A stretch of 64,000 nucleotides of DNA from Octopus vulgaris (lineage: Eukaryota): assembly GCA_951406725.2 (NCBI GenBank), contig OX597825.1, forward strand, positions 72,540,001 to 72,604,000. The letters run 5' to 3'. The position numbers were made by a program, and so were the translations under genes. The notes under the pieces are model-generated. The model was not told the origin of the DNA. It saw only the letters and a list, made by a program, of their open reading frames with translations, and did no database searches. Positions 27,687 through 41,823 of the stretch are shown piece after piece; the stretch's first letter is position 1; each line of letters opens with the position of its first letter.

Positions 27687-27872
27687 TAGTTTTATTTTTA
27701 TAGCGTACTTTCACTTCACTACCGAGCGCAGCTCTGTGTGCCTTGGGTATGTGCTGTGATTTGTTGTGATGCTCTGATGGTTATTGTATGGAAAGTGTTC
27801 TGCGTAGGATGTGTGCAGTGCCTAGTAGTGCAATTTTCTGTATGTTATATGTGTTTTTACAATTTTCTGTAT
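27684..27872 (-). mobile_element. R4/Dong-clade LINE 3' end in (ATT)n
   Basis: Encodes IQKIALLGTAHILRRTLSIQ*, the typical Dong/R4 C-terminus; Dong elements are known to target (TAA)n. Confidence 0.85.
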
Positions 27873-27886
27873 GTATTATTATTATA

Positions 27887-27963
<77 letters not shown>

Positions 27964-27977
27964 CATCATTATTATTA

Positions 27978-28180
27978 GGGCGGCGGGCTGACAGAATCGT
28001 TAGCTGTCTAGACTAAATGCTTAGCGGTATTCCGCCCGTCGCTATGTTCTGAGTTCAAATATCGCCGAGATCGAATTTGTCTTTCACTCTTTCGGGGTCG
28101 ATAAAATTATTACCATTTACGCACTAAAGTCGATGTAATCGACTTGATCCTTTTCCCCACATTTGCGGCCTTGTGCTTCC
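27978..28180 (+). mobile_element. SINE family B within (ATT)n
   Basis: Family B head and core. Confidence 0.8.
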
Positions 28181-28191
28181 AGTAGACTGTA

Positions 28192-28270
<79 letters not shown>

Positions 28271-28296
28271 CATTAACATTATCATTATTATTATCA

Positions 28297-28345
<49 letters not shown>

Positions 28346-28627
28346 CTACAAATATATTAGTCATAAATTGAATCTTATCGAATAGGCTTATTGTTGTGTG
28401 TTTCGTCAGTGGAGTAGGAAATAACTGTTTATAAATAACAGTTTGTTTAACTGCAGCAAATAGGGACCGAATTATCGAAGAACACATTTAATCTTAATGT
28501 GTACCTCAGAAGGCAAAATGAGAAACAAATGAATAATATATTTATAGATAATATTAATAATAATAATAATAATACATATGCATATACATATACGTTTATA
28601 TATATATAGATATATATATTTACATAC

Positions 28628-28993
<366 letters not shown>

Positions 28994-29050
28994 ATATATA
29001 TATACATATGTACACACATATATGTATATATAAATATACATATATATATA

Positions 29051-29120
<70 letters not shown>

Positions 29121-29465
29121 AACATACATATTGATGTAACGTCTAATACTTGAATATCATACAGTGGAGTTAGAAAATTGCGTTTAATGCACGCTTAGTT
29201 TGAGATATTCAGAATCGTTGATTTCGGCGTGGGCTGAGATGAAATCTTTCCACAGTGAATGGAGATAAACACATAGTTGTTGACATGGTAATGCCAAGGC
29301 GCAACATTTCCTCCCCACCCCTATTAAAACCAATGAAGTGACCGTAAGCTAAGCAATAAACGCAGTGGCCCGGGAACAAAATTTTTTTAGGGGTTGCAAA
29401 CTCAGTTCCAAAATTTGGCACTGCTGTAGAAGTGTGGATCCGAGTTCTGGGAATGTGCATGTCAC

Positions 29466-30067
29466 AAATTTTCGGTATGCAAATTAGTGTCTCCTTCATA
29501 GAATAACTGCTGTATTTGTGGAGTATATATAGAGTTTATAGAGCGGTTAAAAATTTTTGGTATGCAAATTAGGGACTCCTGCATAGAATTAATTGGTGTA
29601 TTTGTTGAGTATATATAGAGTTTATAGAGCGGTTAAAAATTTTCGGTATGCAAATTAGGGACTCCTGCATAGAATTAACTGGTGTATTTGTCGAGTTTAT
29701 ATAGAGTTTATAGATTGGCTAAAAATTTTCGGTATGCAAATTAGGGACTCCTGCATAGAATTAATTGGTGTAATTGTTGAGTATATATAGAGTTTATAGA
29801 GCGGTTAAAAATTTTCAGTATGCAAATTAGGGTCTCCTTCATAGAATAACTGTTGTATTTGTTGAGTATATATAGAGTTTATAGAGCGGTTAAAAATTTT
29901 CAGTATGCAAATTAGGGTCTCCTACATAGAATAACTGATGCATTTGTTGAGTATATAAATAGAGTTTTCAGGGCGGCTAAAAAATTTCGGTATGCAAATG
30001 AGGGACTCCTGCATAGAATTAGCTGTTGTATTTGTTGAGTATATAGAGAGTTTATACAGCGGTTAAA
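29466..30067. repeat. Minisatellite, 85-87 bp x7
   Basis: GTATGCAAAT recurs at 29475, 29560, 29646, 29732, 29818, 29903, 29990. Confidence 0.95.
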
Positions 30068-30179
30068 ACAATCGGCTTACCGCCACCTGCGAAATTACTG
30101 GTCTAGTGCCAAAATTTGAGACCATTATTCGATAGATAGATACATAGAGATAATTTTCTCGTGCAATCCTTATAAACGC

Positions 30180-30408
30180 TTAACGCTTTAGCATTTAGTT
30201 TATTGAGAATGTAATGCTTATACACACATTCCCATCGTTTTGAATTAAACATACATTATCTCACAGTTTTGATGACTGATGATGTGATTGTCGACTTTTA
30301 AAAAGACATTATTAGGTAGGTGTAAGAGGCCAGATCTCGCCGGTTTGGCTATGAAAGTGGTAGAACACTTAGGCCGGATATGGCAGCTTTAAATGTTAAA
30401 GGGTTAGT
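30180..30408. mobile_element. piggyBac-like MITE
   Basis: Imperfect TIRs TTAACGCTTTAGCATTTA / TAAATGTTAAAGGGTTAG. Confidence 0.55.
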
Positions 30409-31172
30409 CTGCCGTGAGATCGAGAATTGTGGCTGTCTAGATAAGCTCTCTCTTTCTTCTTATTTTGTATGTGTACGTGCGTGCAGGCATACATGCTCTT
30501 TTATGTGTGAGACACATTTCTGCGCTGCATGCGAGTGTTTCTAACGTGTGAATGTCTTTTAAAATTAGGCCGATCTTAAGGGTCTAAGTGCTAACGCTGT
30601 TTAAACACTAGATAACATATGAGACACGAGATTCTTCCTTTTTTTTCTGACGTCAACCTGTTTTCCTAACAATTCTGAATATGTGATTCCTGCTTCCGAC
30701 AGGACCGGAATTTTGGTGGAATGAATAGCATATTTTAAATAATCAAAATACGAAAAACTGTTTAGTTTAAATGTCGAATATTCACATTTAATAACAACAG
30801 GATACAAAAGAAAAGAACACAATGCATTTTGGAACCAATGATTCGTCTACAAAGGGTAAAGAATTGTGGAACCGAAATTGTGTGTTGTTTATATCATATG
30901 CGTATGTGTATGAGTGTGTGCAATTAGAGTGGAAGCATCATGAATTTTACGTATTCTAAGAGGTAGAAAAAATTCTTTAAAAAAAAACTTTATTTGAAGT
31001 GGATCTATGATCTGGTTACAAAATCCCTGTTGAAATTAATTAATTTCTTAATTAATCTCTAATTACATTTTACAAAGCAATCAACATCACACTGTATTTA
31101 TATTGTGTATGAGACGTTTGGCGCGGCCGTTTTGGAGTGTGATTTTCGTCACCTTGACTTCCACGTGTGTTT

Positions 31173-31255
<83 letters not shown>

Positions 31256-31256
31256 T

Positions 31257-31428
31257 GTTTCTTTATTAGCCACAGAGGGCTGCACACAGACGGGACAGAT
31301 TACAAAGTAGAGCTTTTCACATCCTGCACTTCCGCCGCCGTGATGGCACCTTCGCAGCGCCCTGCCTCTCTTGTCGAGAGTCGTGGTAGGCTGTGTAGGT
31401 GGACACTAAAGTCCACTCTACGTTCTTA
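31257..31428 (-). mobile_element. Retroposon 3' end inserted in a (GATA)n/(GACA)n tract
   Basis: Minus strand ends CAGCCCTCTGTGGCTAATAAAGAAAC followed by (ATCT)n; resembles the SINE family B tail. Confidence 0.55.
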
Positions 31429-31449
31429 GACAGACATACAGACAGACAT

Positions 31450-31498
<49 letters not shown>

Positions 31499-31585
31499 AA
31501 AACAGACAGACAAACAAACAGACCGACAGACAGATAGATAGAGAGAGAGAGAGAGAGGCAGAGACAGACAGAGACAGACAGAGAC

Positions 31586-31622
<37 letters not shown>

Positions 31623-32775
31623 TACATACATATATTTATGTGTGTGTGGAGAGAGAGAGATGACGACTTCTACACTCTTTCCGTCTACCAAATTTACTCA
31701 GAAGACATAGAACGGCTTGGATACAACAAAGGGATTCGCTTGCCCAATGTGCCATTCAGTGGGACTGAACCCAAATCCATCTGGTTGCAAAGTGAGCTTT
31801 TTAACCACACAGTTATGCCTGCACCGACTTAGTAAGAATATATTAGTATTGTAACTTTTATCTAAATATTCAATTTTCTTTTTTAATTTGACTAATTATT
31901 TCAACCAGTGAAACTACATGTGTTTTAATATATTAAGCTAAATGACATGCAATTCAAAATGGAAGTCGGCTTACTGATTCTAATCATCAGAAGGTAATGT
32001 CTTTGTGTGCATCGATCAATCGATATTAAGAAATCGATTACCTAATTTATTAACGAATATCACAGCAATATTAAAACGTATTCTACATTTATTACTATTG
32101 TGGTTTTAAGAAGGAAATCTACAAACTTCTTTCGTCATCATCGCCATTGTTACGGATGTTTTTATTGCCGCTGTGGTTGTTTTGTTGTTGTTGCTGTCTT
32201 TCTTCTTCTTCTTCTTCTTCTTCTTCTTCTACATCTACTTCTTCTTCTTCTTTTTCTTCTTCTTCTACTACTTTTTCTTCTTCTTCTTTTTTCTTCTTCT
32301 TCCTATACTACTTCTTCTTTTTCTGCTCCTACTTCTTCTATTTCTTCTTCTACTATTTCTTTTTCTACTTCTACTTCTTCTTCTTTTCTTCTTCTTTTTC
32401 TTCTACTACTTTTTCTTCTACTACTCCTTCTTATTCTTCTTTTTCTTCTTTTCCTTCTTTTTCTACTACTACTTCTTCTTCACCTCCTCCTCCTCCCTCT
32501 TCTTCCAATCAGGACTCACGCCATTAGCCACAAAGAATAATCTCTAATTCGAGCCTACTCTAAGCTACTAAGAATGCGTGTGGCAACTTGAAGATCCACC
32601 CACCACACGCGATAGACTGGCGGTTACACGGGCGCGAAAGCTACGTTGTTATCCTCATTCCGTAAACGGTGGCATGCATCCTTTAAGGCCCTCATGCTTT
32701 CCGAAATCCGCCGAAACTACACCTGATTATATATACACTTTAGATGAGTTGTAGTGCACCTGAGCACTGTACACA

Positions 32776-32832
<57 letters not shown>

Positions 32833-32835
<3 letters not shown>

Positions 32836-33137
32836 GGGTGGAGAGCTGAACCATCCTGGGGTACAGAGGATTCGCAATCTAGAGTAGGGTCTGAAAGTTT
32901 ACCACGCCATAGTGGGTTACACCATGGTTCCTCTGCTTTGTGGCAGCAGTAGAAAGAAAGAGTGAGAGAAAGTTGTGGTGAAAGAGTATAGCGGGGTTAC
33001 CCCTCCCCTCCGCCAGAGCTTAGTGTATCGTAGGTGTTTTTGCTCAATAACCACTCACAATGCCCGGTCTGGGAATCGAAACGCGTTCTTACGACCGCGA
33101 GTCTGCTGCCCTAACCACTGGGCCATTGCGTCTCCAC
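32833..33137 (-). mobile_element. SINE family A (tail type 4); a second head fragment lies at 33389-33482
   Basis: Family A head/body. Confidence 0.8.
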
Positions 33138-34259
33138 TAATGTTGTTGTTGCTGCTGGTGCTGCTACGGCTGGTGCTGCTGCTGTTACTGCTGCTGCTGT
33201 GGCTGCTGCTGCTGCTGTGGCTGCTGCTGCTGCTGTGGCTGCTGCTGCTGCTGTGGCTGCTGCTGCTGCTGCTGCTGCTGCTGTGGCTGCTACAGTTGCT
33301 TTTGTTGTAGTTGTTGTTATTGTTGTTGCTTGTAGTGGTAGTAGCAGAGGTGAGGATGGTGCTGGTGTCGGACTTGTTGTTTGTGATTGAATAAACACTC
33401 ACAATGCCCGGTCTGGGAATCGAAGCCGCGTTCTTACGACCATGAGTCCGCTGCCCTAACCACTAGGCCATTGCGCCTCCACTGTTGTTGTTGTTGAGTA
33501 GTTTGGTATCGTTAATATTGTCGTTGTTGTTGATCAAACATGATCGAATAAAGCTATAATGAAATGTATTCCAAGCGTGACCATCATTACTATTGTTTTT
33601 TGAAGTTTTTTTCCTAAGAAGTTCCCAAGACTAAATTATCTCATCTTCATTTTTTAAAGGCGGTGAACAGGATTTCAGGGGTATTTAGCTGCAGATGGAG
33701 TGGGACCTATCTTTTCTAACTTTCCTAATATGTCGGGGTGTCACGTACATGGCCCTCTTATTTCGCTCATAAGCAGCCTAATGATCAAAAACAATAGATT
33801 GAATATTATCAATACTTCAACTTTATTCAGAAAATAAAACACATTATTACATCACTCTCCAGAAGTAATACAATAAAATACAAGCCGTTCTCGTGTCTTC
33901 TCGTATGTCATCTTCCAAAGAGCCCAGTAGCGCCCCCAATGTTACACATTAGAAATAATAGTACGTGTGGATAGTCAGCTCTAACAGCAACGAAAAAACA
34001 TAAAAATAATCACTGCTGTGTTTACAAGAGTAAAGGCGGATAAAGAGCGCTTATTGAGGCATGTAAAGGAAGTCACATAGTTATTAGCAACAATCAGCAA
34101 GAACGGTGTTCCACGCGGTTAAGATATTGCTGATAGTTAATGCAAATTTAAACAGTTTCCACTGGGCCAAATTAAATCACACACTGATGGATTTTGCAAT
34201 GACGAAAATTATTCAGAATTATATATGAGAGGGCGGGCGTGTGTACAAATATGTGTAGA

Positions 34260-34312
<53 letters not shown>

Positions 34313-34333
34313 GTATATAACATATATACATAT

Positions 34334-34390
<57 letters not shown>

Positions 34391-35000
34391 AACATGTCTT
34401 ATCAATATATATGTGTGTGTACGTGAAGGAATGTCCATAAGCACATGCATAAAACATGTGATGGTAAAATATATAACGTGTGTGTATGCATGCATGTATA
34501 TGCCCATATACATATATACATACATATACATATATATACAGGGAGAGATACATACATGTGTGTATATATATATATATATACGTATATAACATATATACAT
34601 ATAACACATATATACATATATATAATCATGAATACACGTGTATATGTAAATGTATTAGTGTGTGTGTGTATACGTATGTATATATGTGAGTGAAGAGAGG
34701 GGCAGAGACAGAGAGAGAAGGAGAGGACACATTTGAGTGAATTATGAATTAGTAACTGAGAGGAAATGTAAATTCAGTTAGTCTAACAACCGACTGAAGG
34801 AAAATTCAAATTCTCCTATTTGCATTAGTTTGCATTAAGGTATACAATTTAGTAGATTAACTTCGTAATTGAATCGTTAACGCTATGTGGGATCATTTAC
34901 TGAATGCAGGCACTCAATAAGAACCCTTTCTATACCGGTTTTACAGCGACGTGTATTAAAAGGAGATCATAGAAGGAAAAATATTCATGCTTTGCTTTAA

Positions 35001-35385
35001 TGTGTGGTAAGTAGCTTGCTAACCAACCACATGGTTCCGGGCTCAGTCCCACTGCGTGGCATCTTGGGCATGTGTCTTCTGCTATAGCCCCGGGCCGACC
35101 AATGCCTTGTGAGTGGATTTGGTAGACGGAAACTGAAAGAAGCCTGTCCTATATATGTATATATATATATGTGTGTGTGTTTATGTGTCTGTGTTTGGAC
35201 CCCCCTAGCATTGCTTGCCAACCGATGCTGGTGTGTTTACGTCCCCGTTACTTAGCGGTTCGGCAAAAAGAGACCGATAGAATAAATACTGGGCTTACAA
35301 AGAATAAGTCCCGGGGTCGATTTGCTCGACTAAAGGCGGTGCTCCAGCATGGCCGCAGTCAAATGACTGAAACAAGTAAAAAAAA
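35001..35385 (+). mobile_element. SINE family C
   Basis: Colinear with 24716-25132. Confidence 0.9.
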
Positions 35386-36033
35386 AGAAAGTAAAAATAT
35401 ATCCATAGGGATACGTTATGTTTAGCGAGAACATATTACAGCAATGCTGTCTTTTAATTTGCTTCTGTATTTAGCTGGTACTTTGCTGCGGCATTCGGTT
35501 GAGATATGGGGGGGTAAATTTCCACGCGAAAGTTTGCTACTTGTCTTAGAAGATCAAGCAAGAATCTTGCTCTTCTGTTTCCAATATAGATTTCTTCAGA
35601 AATGGCCCTAAGGAAAGTCGCATTTTCTTAGGTCGTTCAATTTACCTCAATTTATAAATAGACCAATTGAATAAACCAATGAGTAATGTATCTATAATTA
35701 CTACTGGAAACAGCTGTAAGCCAAATTTGCTCCAATAAAAGAATTATATGTACTGACCATTGTTTTAAACTTGTTTCTTATATATGATTCAATAAAAGTC
35801 AATTTATCGGGAGCTCATTCACGGATTTCCAATTTAGAACTATAATGAACCATGACTTGGAAACCTACCAAAAGATTACTTGGTGTTCTTCACTAACATT
35901 ACTAATTTCGTTAGCCTGGTGTACCAACAGAGAGATTATGAGGTATTTCGCCCGGATTGATAATCTCTCACTATATATATGTGTGTGTGTATATGTGTGT
36001 GTGTGTTTGTGTGTGTGTATGTGTGTGTACATA

Positions 36034-36091
<58 letters not shown>

Positions 36092-36096
36092 GTATG

Positions 36097-36135
<39 letters not shown>

Positions 36136-36141
36136 ATATAT

Positions 36142-36397
36142 TTTTCTTTGGGGATTTGGTTTGCAATATGAGTTCGTGTGTTGAAGCATATTCTGTTGTG
36201 TCTGGGGAGAGTCATTTTGTTTTTGTGCCTTATAATTTAACCCACTCACCGGTTAAATTTCCACTTATTTCTTATTTTCATTTTCCTAAAATTTTCGTTG
36301 CGTCTTGCAACCTTTTCAATAGTGGAAATTTTACCGGTGAGTGTGTTAAATTATAAGGCACAAAAAGAAAATGACTCTCCCCAGACACAACAGAATA
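36142..36397. mobile_element. Fold-back Penelope-like remnant: arms 36189-36265 / 36321-36397, left tail, hammerhead motif (minus, 36286-36322) in the spacer
   Basis: CTA|TTGAAAA|G|GTTGC-aagac-GCAAC|GAAA-AT-T|T|TAG (U3-A8 variant); flanked by (TA)n/(TG)n. Confidence 0.75.
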
Positions 36398-36398
36398 C

Positions 36399-36452
<54 letters not shown>

Positions 36453-36454
36453 AC

Positions 36455-36491
<37 letters not shown>

Positions 36492-36662
36492 AATATAAGA
36501 GAGTACTATATGGCTCACTCTAGCACAGTTAATCCAAAAGGTTTCAACCACAAAAATACATGCTTCCCATGAAAGTTAGTACGATTGTTAGCTCACACGG
36601 ACAGGGCAAATAAAAATAACAAAATACAGATTATTTTGGGACAATTGTTTCCTATTAATGAA

Positions 36663-36728
<66 letters not shown>

Positions 36729-38022
36729 GTAGGAATGGCTATATAGGCGCAGGAGTAGCTGTGTGGTAAGTCGCTTGCTCACCAACCACTAAATTTCTGT
36801 GAAGAATCGTTATTTATGACCAATGAAAGTAAGCATTGGAGACAAACTTGGAATTTAAATTAATTATGACTGATTAACTATATAGTACAATGGGGAGAGC
36901 CAGACCGATCTTTAGGAGTACCATGTGATAACTCTAGAACTGTTCCGATATAATTAAACCTCATCAGCGAAAGTATAGTTTAAGTATTAATACTAGGTCT
37001 TAGAATGTTTAGAGAAAAATGCAGGAAATTGCTGAACGAATAAGGAGAGGCGTGGGAACTTAAAAGAATGACTGAGATTTTTTTTTTAAATCCCAAGGAT
37101 ATGCTGCATGAAAAACAAACAGTAAAGTATGCTTAATATAGTTAATATAGTAAACTGAATGATTCACTACAGAAGCGATGGATCAAAGAAGGAAGGAAGT
37201 GCTGATCATGGCGTCAAATAAAGCAACGTGGGTTCTGTAAAACCGAAGTGGAAAATCGTTGCATAGAGTTGATGATAGTTGCTTTGTAGAACTGCAAATA
37301 AACGAACGTTGGTGGGAGGAAACGAGGTTGACGTAGGCGGGTTTTCAAACAAAGTTTTCCTTTTATTTCGGTTGATGTATAACCTTGGTGAAAAAAAAAA
37401 ATGTGAATAATTATTATTCAAATGGTGAACGCTTGAATAATAATGTGGGCGGAATGTCATGTACTACTCACTGTAGTGAAGAAGAATAAGATGAAATAAT
37501 CTGTTTGGTTTCTGATTACATCTCAAGGTTATTTCAAAGATCATCTTGAAGAGCACAGTGCTGAAGGGAAGGACACGATATTGAGGAGTTGGAAGAAGAA
37601 CAACGAGCACGAAGGAAACTCAAGTTCACGAACAAAAAACAAAAAGGGGCCAAAAGCAAACATAGAAAAAAGAGTAGGAAAATAGAAAGAGAGATTGCAT
37701 AATTGCATAAATGACCCCACTTGAAAATTCAAGAGTAATTGTATAAGGTAATCAGTAATTTGTAATTAAACAGCATTGAATGTCTAACGCTCTAAGTAGG
37801 CAGTATTGAATGCCTAAGCAAAAATTTAATGACTTTGGAATGAAATACACTTTGTTTGTTTTTTTCTAAGTATATTTCATGATTGTGTGGTAAGAAATGT
37901 GCGTCCCAAACATATCGTTCAGGGCTCAGTCCCACTGCGTGGCACCTTGGACAAGTGTCTTCTACTATAGCACCGGCACCACAAAACGTCTTGTAACTTG
38001 ATTTGTGTGTGTATATAAATAT

Positions 38023-38251
<229 letters not shown>

Positions 38252-38561
38252 TAGATATAGATATATAGATATATAAAATTATTTTAGCATGTAAGTATGG
38301 AAAACAATTAAATTTTGGAAAAATTAAAATAAATTTTTTTAAAAGAATATTTGCATAGTGTTCAAATTCAAGTGGCATTTTTTTCCTTGCTTCTGCCTGT
38401 GTCTGTGTGTCTTGTTTACTCTTGTGGGTTCGAGGTCGTTGTGAATTCTTGGTTGGGAAGAAGAAGAAGAAGAAGAAGAAGAAGAAGAAGAAGAAGAAGA
38501 AGAAGAAGAAGAAGAAGAAGAAGAAGAAGAAGAAGAAGAAGAAGGGGAGGATACATACAAA

Positions 38562-38605
<44 letters not shown>

Positions 38606-38805
38606 GAGTGTATTTTACCTTGTTAACAATTAACACGGAAAAATAAATAAATAGTTACCAGGGCAGCAAAAATCTCACAAGTAAAGATGTTGTAACTCCT
38701 TGTTTATAAAGGTTGAAACTTCGTGTTTACGTTGAATATATTGAATAATATGAATAAAAAATGGAGTTAACGCTAAAATGTCGTATTGACGAGTTTCGTT
38801 TTTTC

Positions 38806-38891
38806 ACTTTCCCGAAGAGAAGATTGCATTGTTTATACCTTTTATTCTTTTGAATAGTATCAGTGGAATTTTCGAAACATATGTAGAAAGT
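38806..38891 (+). ncRNA. Type I hammerhead motif (U4C variant) between 25-bp inverted repeats 38749-38773 / 38912-38936
   Basis: ACTTTC|CCGAAGA|GAAGATT...AATTTTC|GAAA-CATATG-T|A|GAAAGT. Confidence 0.7.
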
Positions 38892-38930
38892 AAAAATACT
38901 TGTTTAAACCTGCGTTAACTCCATTTTTTA

Positions 38931-38999
<69 letters not shown>

Positions 39000-39014
39000 A
39001 TTGTATAAAGTATC

Positions 39015-39212
39015 GTAGACTTACCTTGTATTCAATATTTCGGGGTTATGACCACACACGTTCACAAACATGCACATCGGCAACATTCGTCTATTTTTTT
39101 TAATATGGGGTCATAACCTCGAAATATTGAATACGATGTAAGTCTACATTGATTCACATGTTTGTTTTCTTGTGATTTACTTCGCATTGCTTTGGCCTTA
39201 CCCACGATCCTT
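39015..39212. mobile_element. Fold-back element: arms 39015-39053 / 39109-39147 plus right tail; contains a hammerhead-like 3' half
   Basis: Inverted match; GGGG-tcataa-CCTC|GAAA-TA-T|T. Confidence 0.6.
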
Positions 39213-39254
39213 TATATAATATATTCTTCAAAATACTTCATAGTAATTATTCCA

Positions 39255-39295
<41 letters not shown>

Positions 39296-40182
39296 GTGAG
39301 TGTGTGGTTGTGTGTGTATTATGTATATATATATATATATACGTATGTATGTACTTATGTGTGCCTTTATGTTTGTCCTCCAACTCCGCATGACAACCGT
39401 TGTTGGCTTATTTACGTCACCGTAATTCAACGGTTCCGCAAAGGAAGAAAAATCGATAGAATAAATACCAGGCTTTGAAAATTGAGTGGTGTTACAGCAT
39501 GGTCGCAGTTCAATGACTGAAACAAGTAAAAAGATATGAAAAACTAAATAAGACGGCGAACAGAAACTAACATATTGGATTATCAAACTACGAAGTGTTA
39601 ATAAAGAAATTCACAAACAAAAATAAAACGAAAGACTCTCGAAAACTTTCCGACCGAAATTATGATTTCTAGAACACAGCCGGAGGTTTCTAAACATTGC
39701 TATTAATCTTAGATGAAGCGTAGTAGCGCAGAAAAAGGTATTACTTGTATAATCTGATCTTGTCTCAACTTCAGTTAATAAGTTTTCTTATAGGTCAACT
39801 GTTAAACAACAACTTCAGACTGAAATCTCTTCTCCCTCAATTATTCCTTATCACAGACCGATAGGTCATGAGCGTCTTGCAGATCTTCAGGATAATTGTG
39901 CTAAGAGACAATTTCTTCGCTTTGTTGGCGTTGGAAACGCAAAAGAGAGGGAAAAAATGCTTAAGATTTCTTTGTAATGTTTTTGCTTTGCTTCATGTCC
40001 TGTGTATTACTACAGCAGTAAATTATTGAAACGATGCAGTTTCGATTTCTATTATCGAATGCATTCTTTCACTCACATTTTGGAGAGAAAATCCGTAAAC
40101 ATCGCAAACATTCTGTTCTTAAAATGAAACTTAAAACTTATTAAAATAGTGATTATAACTATTATAATAAGGAATTTTCAAT

Positions 40183-40237
<55 letters not shown>

Positions 40238-40418
40238 GGTGGTGGTGGTGGTGGTGGCGGTGGTGGTGGTGGTGGTCACTACTACCTCCACAACCACCTC
40301 CACCCCTACGCTGCCCAATACTTAAATGCTATTTCAAGATGGATACAAATTCAGAATAGAATATGAAATATTAATTTGTGTTCATTCAGTATTGACAGTG
40401 GTGGTGGTGGTGGTGGTG

Positions 40419-40460
<42 letters not shown>

Positions 40461-40467
40461 TCATAAA

Positions 40468-40880
40468 GGAAACCGGCTGGCAGAACCCATACCATGCCGG
40501 AAAAAATGCTTAGCGGCACTTCACCCGTCTCCATGTTCAAATTACGCCGAGATTGACTTAACCGTTTATTCTTTCCTAGTCGATGAAATAAGCACCAGTT
40601 GAGCACTCGGTCAATGTAATCGGCTAAACCCTACCCCCAAATTTCCGGCCTTGTGCTTATAGTAGAAAGGATCGTATATTATTATACAAAAGATAATAAG
40701 CTGGCAGAAATGATAGTATGGCGGACAAAATATTTACCAATATTCCTTGCGACTTCATGATCTGAATTCAAATTCTGTCGTGGTCAACTTTGTCTTGCAT
40801 CGTTTAGCGGTCGATGAAATAAGTATCAGCTCAACGCTGGGGTCGATGTAATCAACTTCCCTTTCTCCCATAATATGAGG
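40468..40880 (+). mobile_element. Two adjacent diverged SINE family B copies
   Basis: CTGGCAGAA heads near 40477 and 40701; cores ...GTCGATGAAATAAG. Confidence 0.75.
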
Positions 40881-40903
40881 CCTCGAAGCATTATTATTAT
40901 TAT

Positions 40904-41059
<156 letters not shown>

Positions 41060-41709
41060 GAATAATGGATTAAGGAACATGCATTAACGCCTAGATAGAT
41101 ACGAGCGTAAATGTTTTAAAGTTAACGGGAATAAGTTAAGTTCAAATAAACAAAGAGCAAATAAATAAACAGCCCTTGCTGTTGAAAATTGCCTTTTTTT
41201 CTTATTATTTTCCAAAACATGCCTACATCTACCTTTACAATATATTTTCTCATGATTACGAATTACTCCATTTGTGTGACCAATTACAAATGATTTGGCA
41301 GACGCATTCCATAACTTCTTAAACATTTTTTGTATTTTATTCAGCTGCTAGGACACAGCAATTTCTTAGCTTTTCAACTCACTTCTACAAACATTATAAT
41401 TATTAGGTATTGCTTTGTCAATAATTATTGCATTAGTCTCACAATAGTCATAATATTTATTAATCATTGTTCATGAAGAATGAGGTCAGGCTCATTACGT
41501 ACTAACTGGTGCTTTGTCTCTATGCTAGATCTCTATGTCTCAGTGGCTAAAAAGTCCGCTTTGCAACCACATCGTTTTAGGTTCAATCCCACTGCGCAGT
41601 ACCTTCGGTAGATGTCTTCTACTATAGCCCTGATTAGACTCGTAATGTCGGAGAAGGGATTTGATTGATAGAAACTACATGGAAGCCCGCTGTGTATCTA
41701 CCTATCCAT

Positions 41710-41781
<72 letters not shown>

Positions 41782-41823
41782 GTGTGTATGTGTCTGTGTG
41801 TGTTTGTGTGTGTGTGTGTGTGT

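Noticed and set aside
29466-30067. CRISPR-like periodicity
   Set aside because: Whole units repeat with no unique spacers; no cas genes; eukaryotic context
33731-33946. Solo LTR (TG...CA ends, AATAAA on minus)
   Set aside because: No TSD and no second copy in the window
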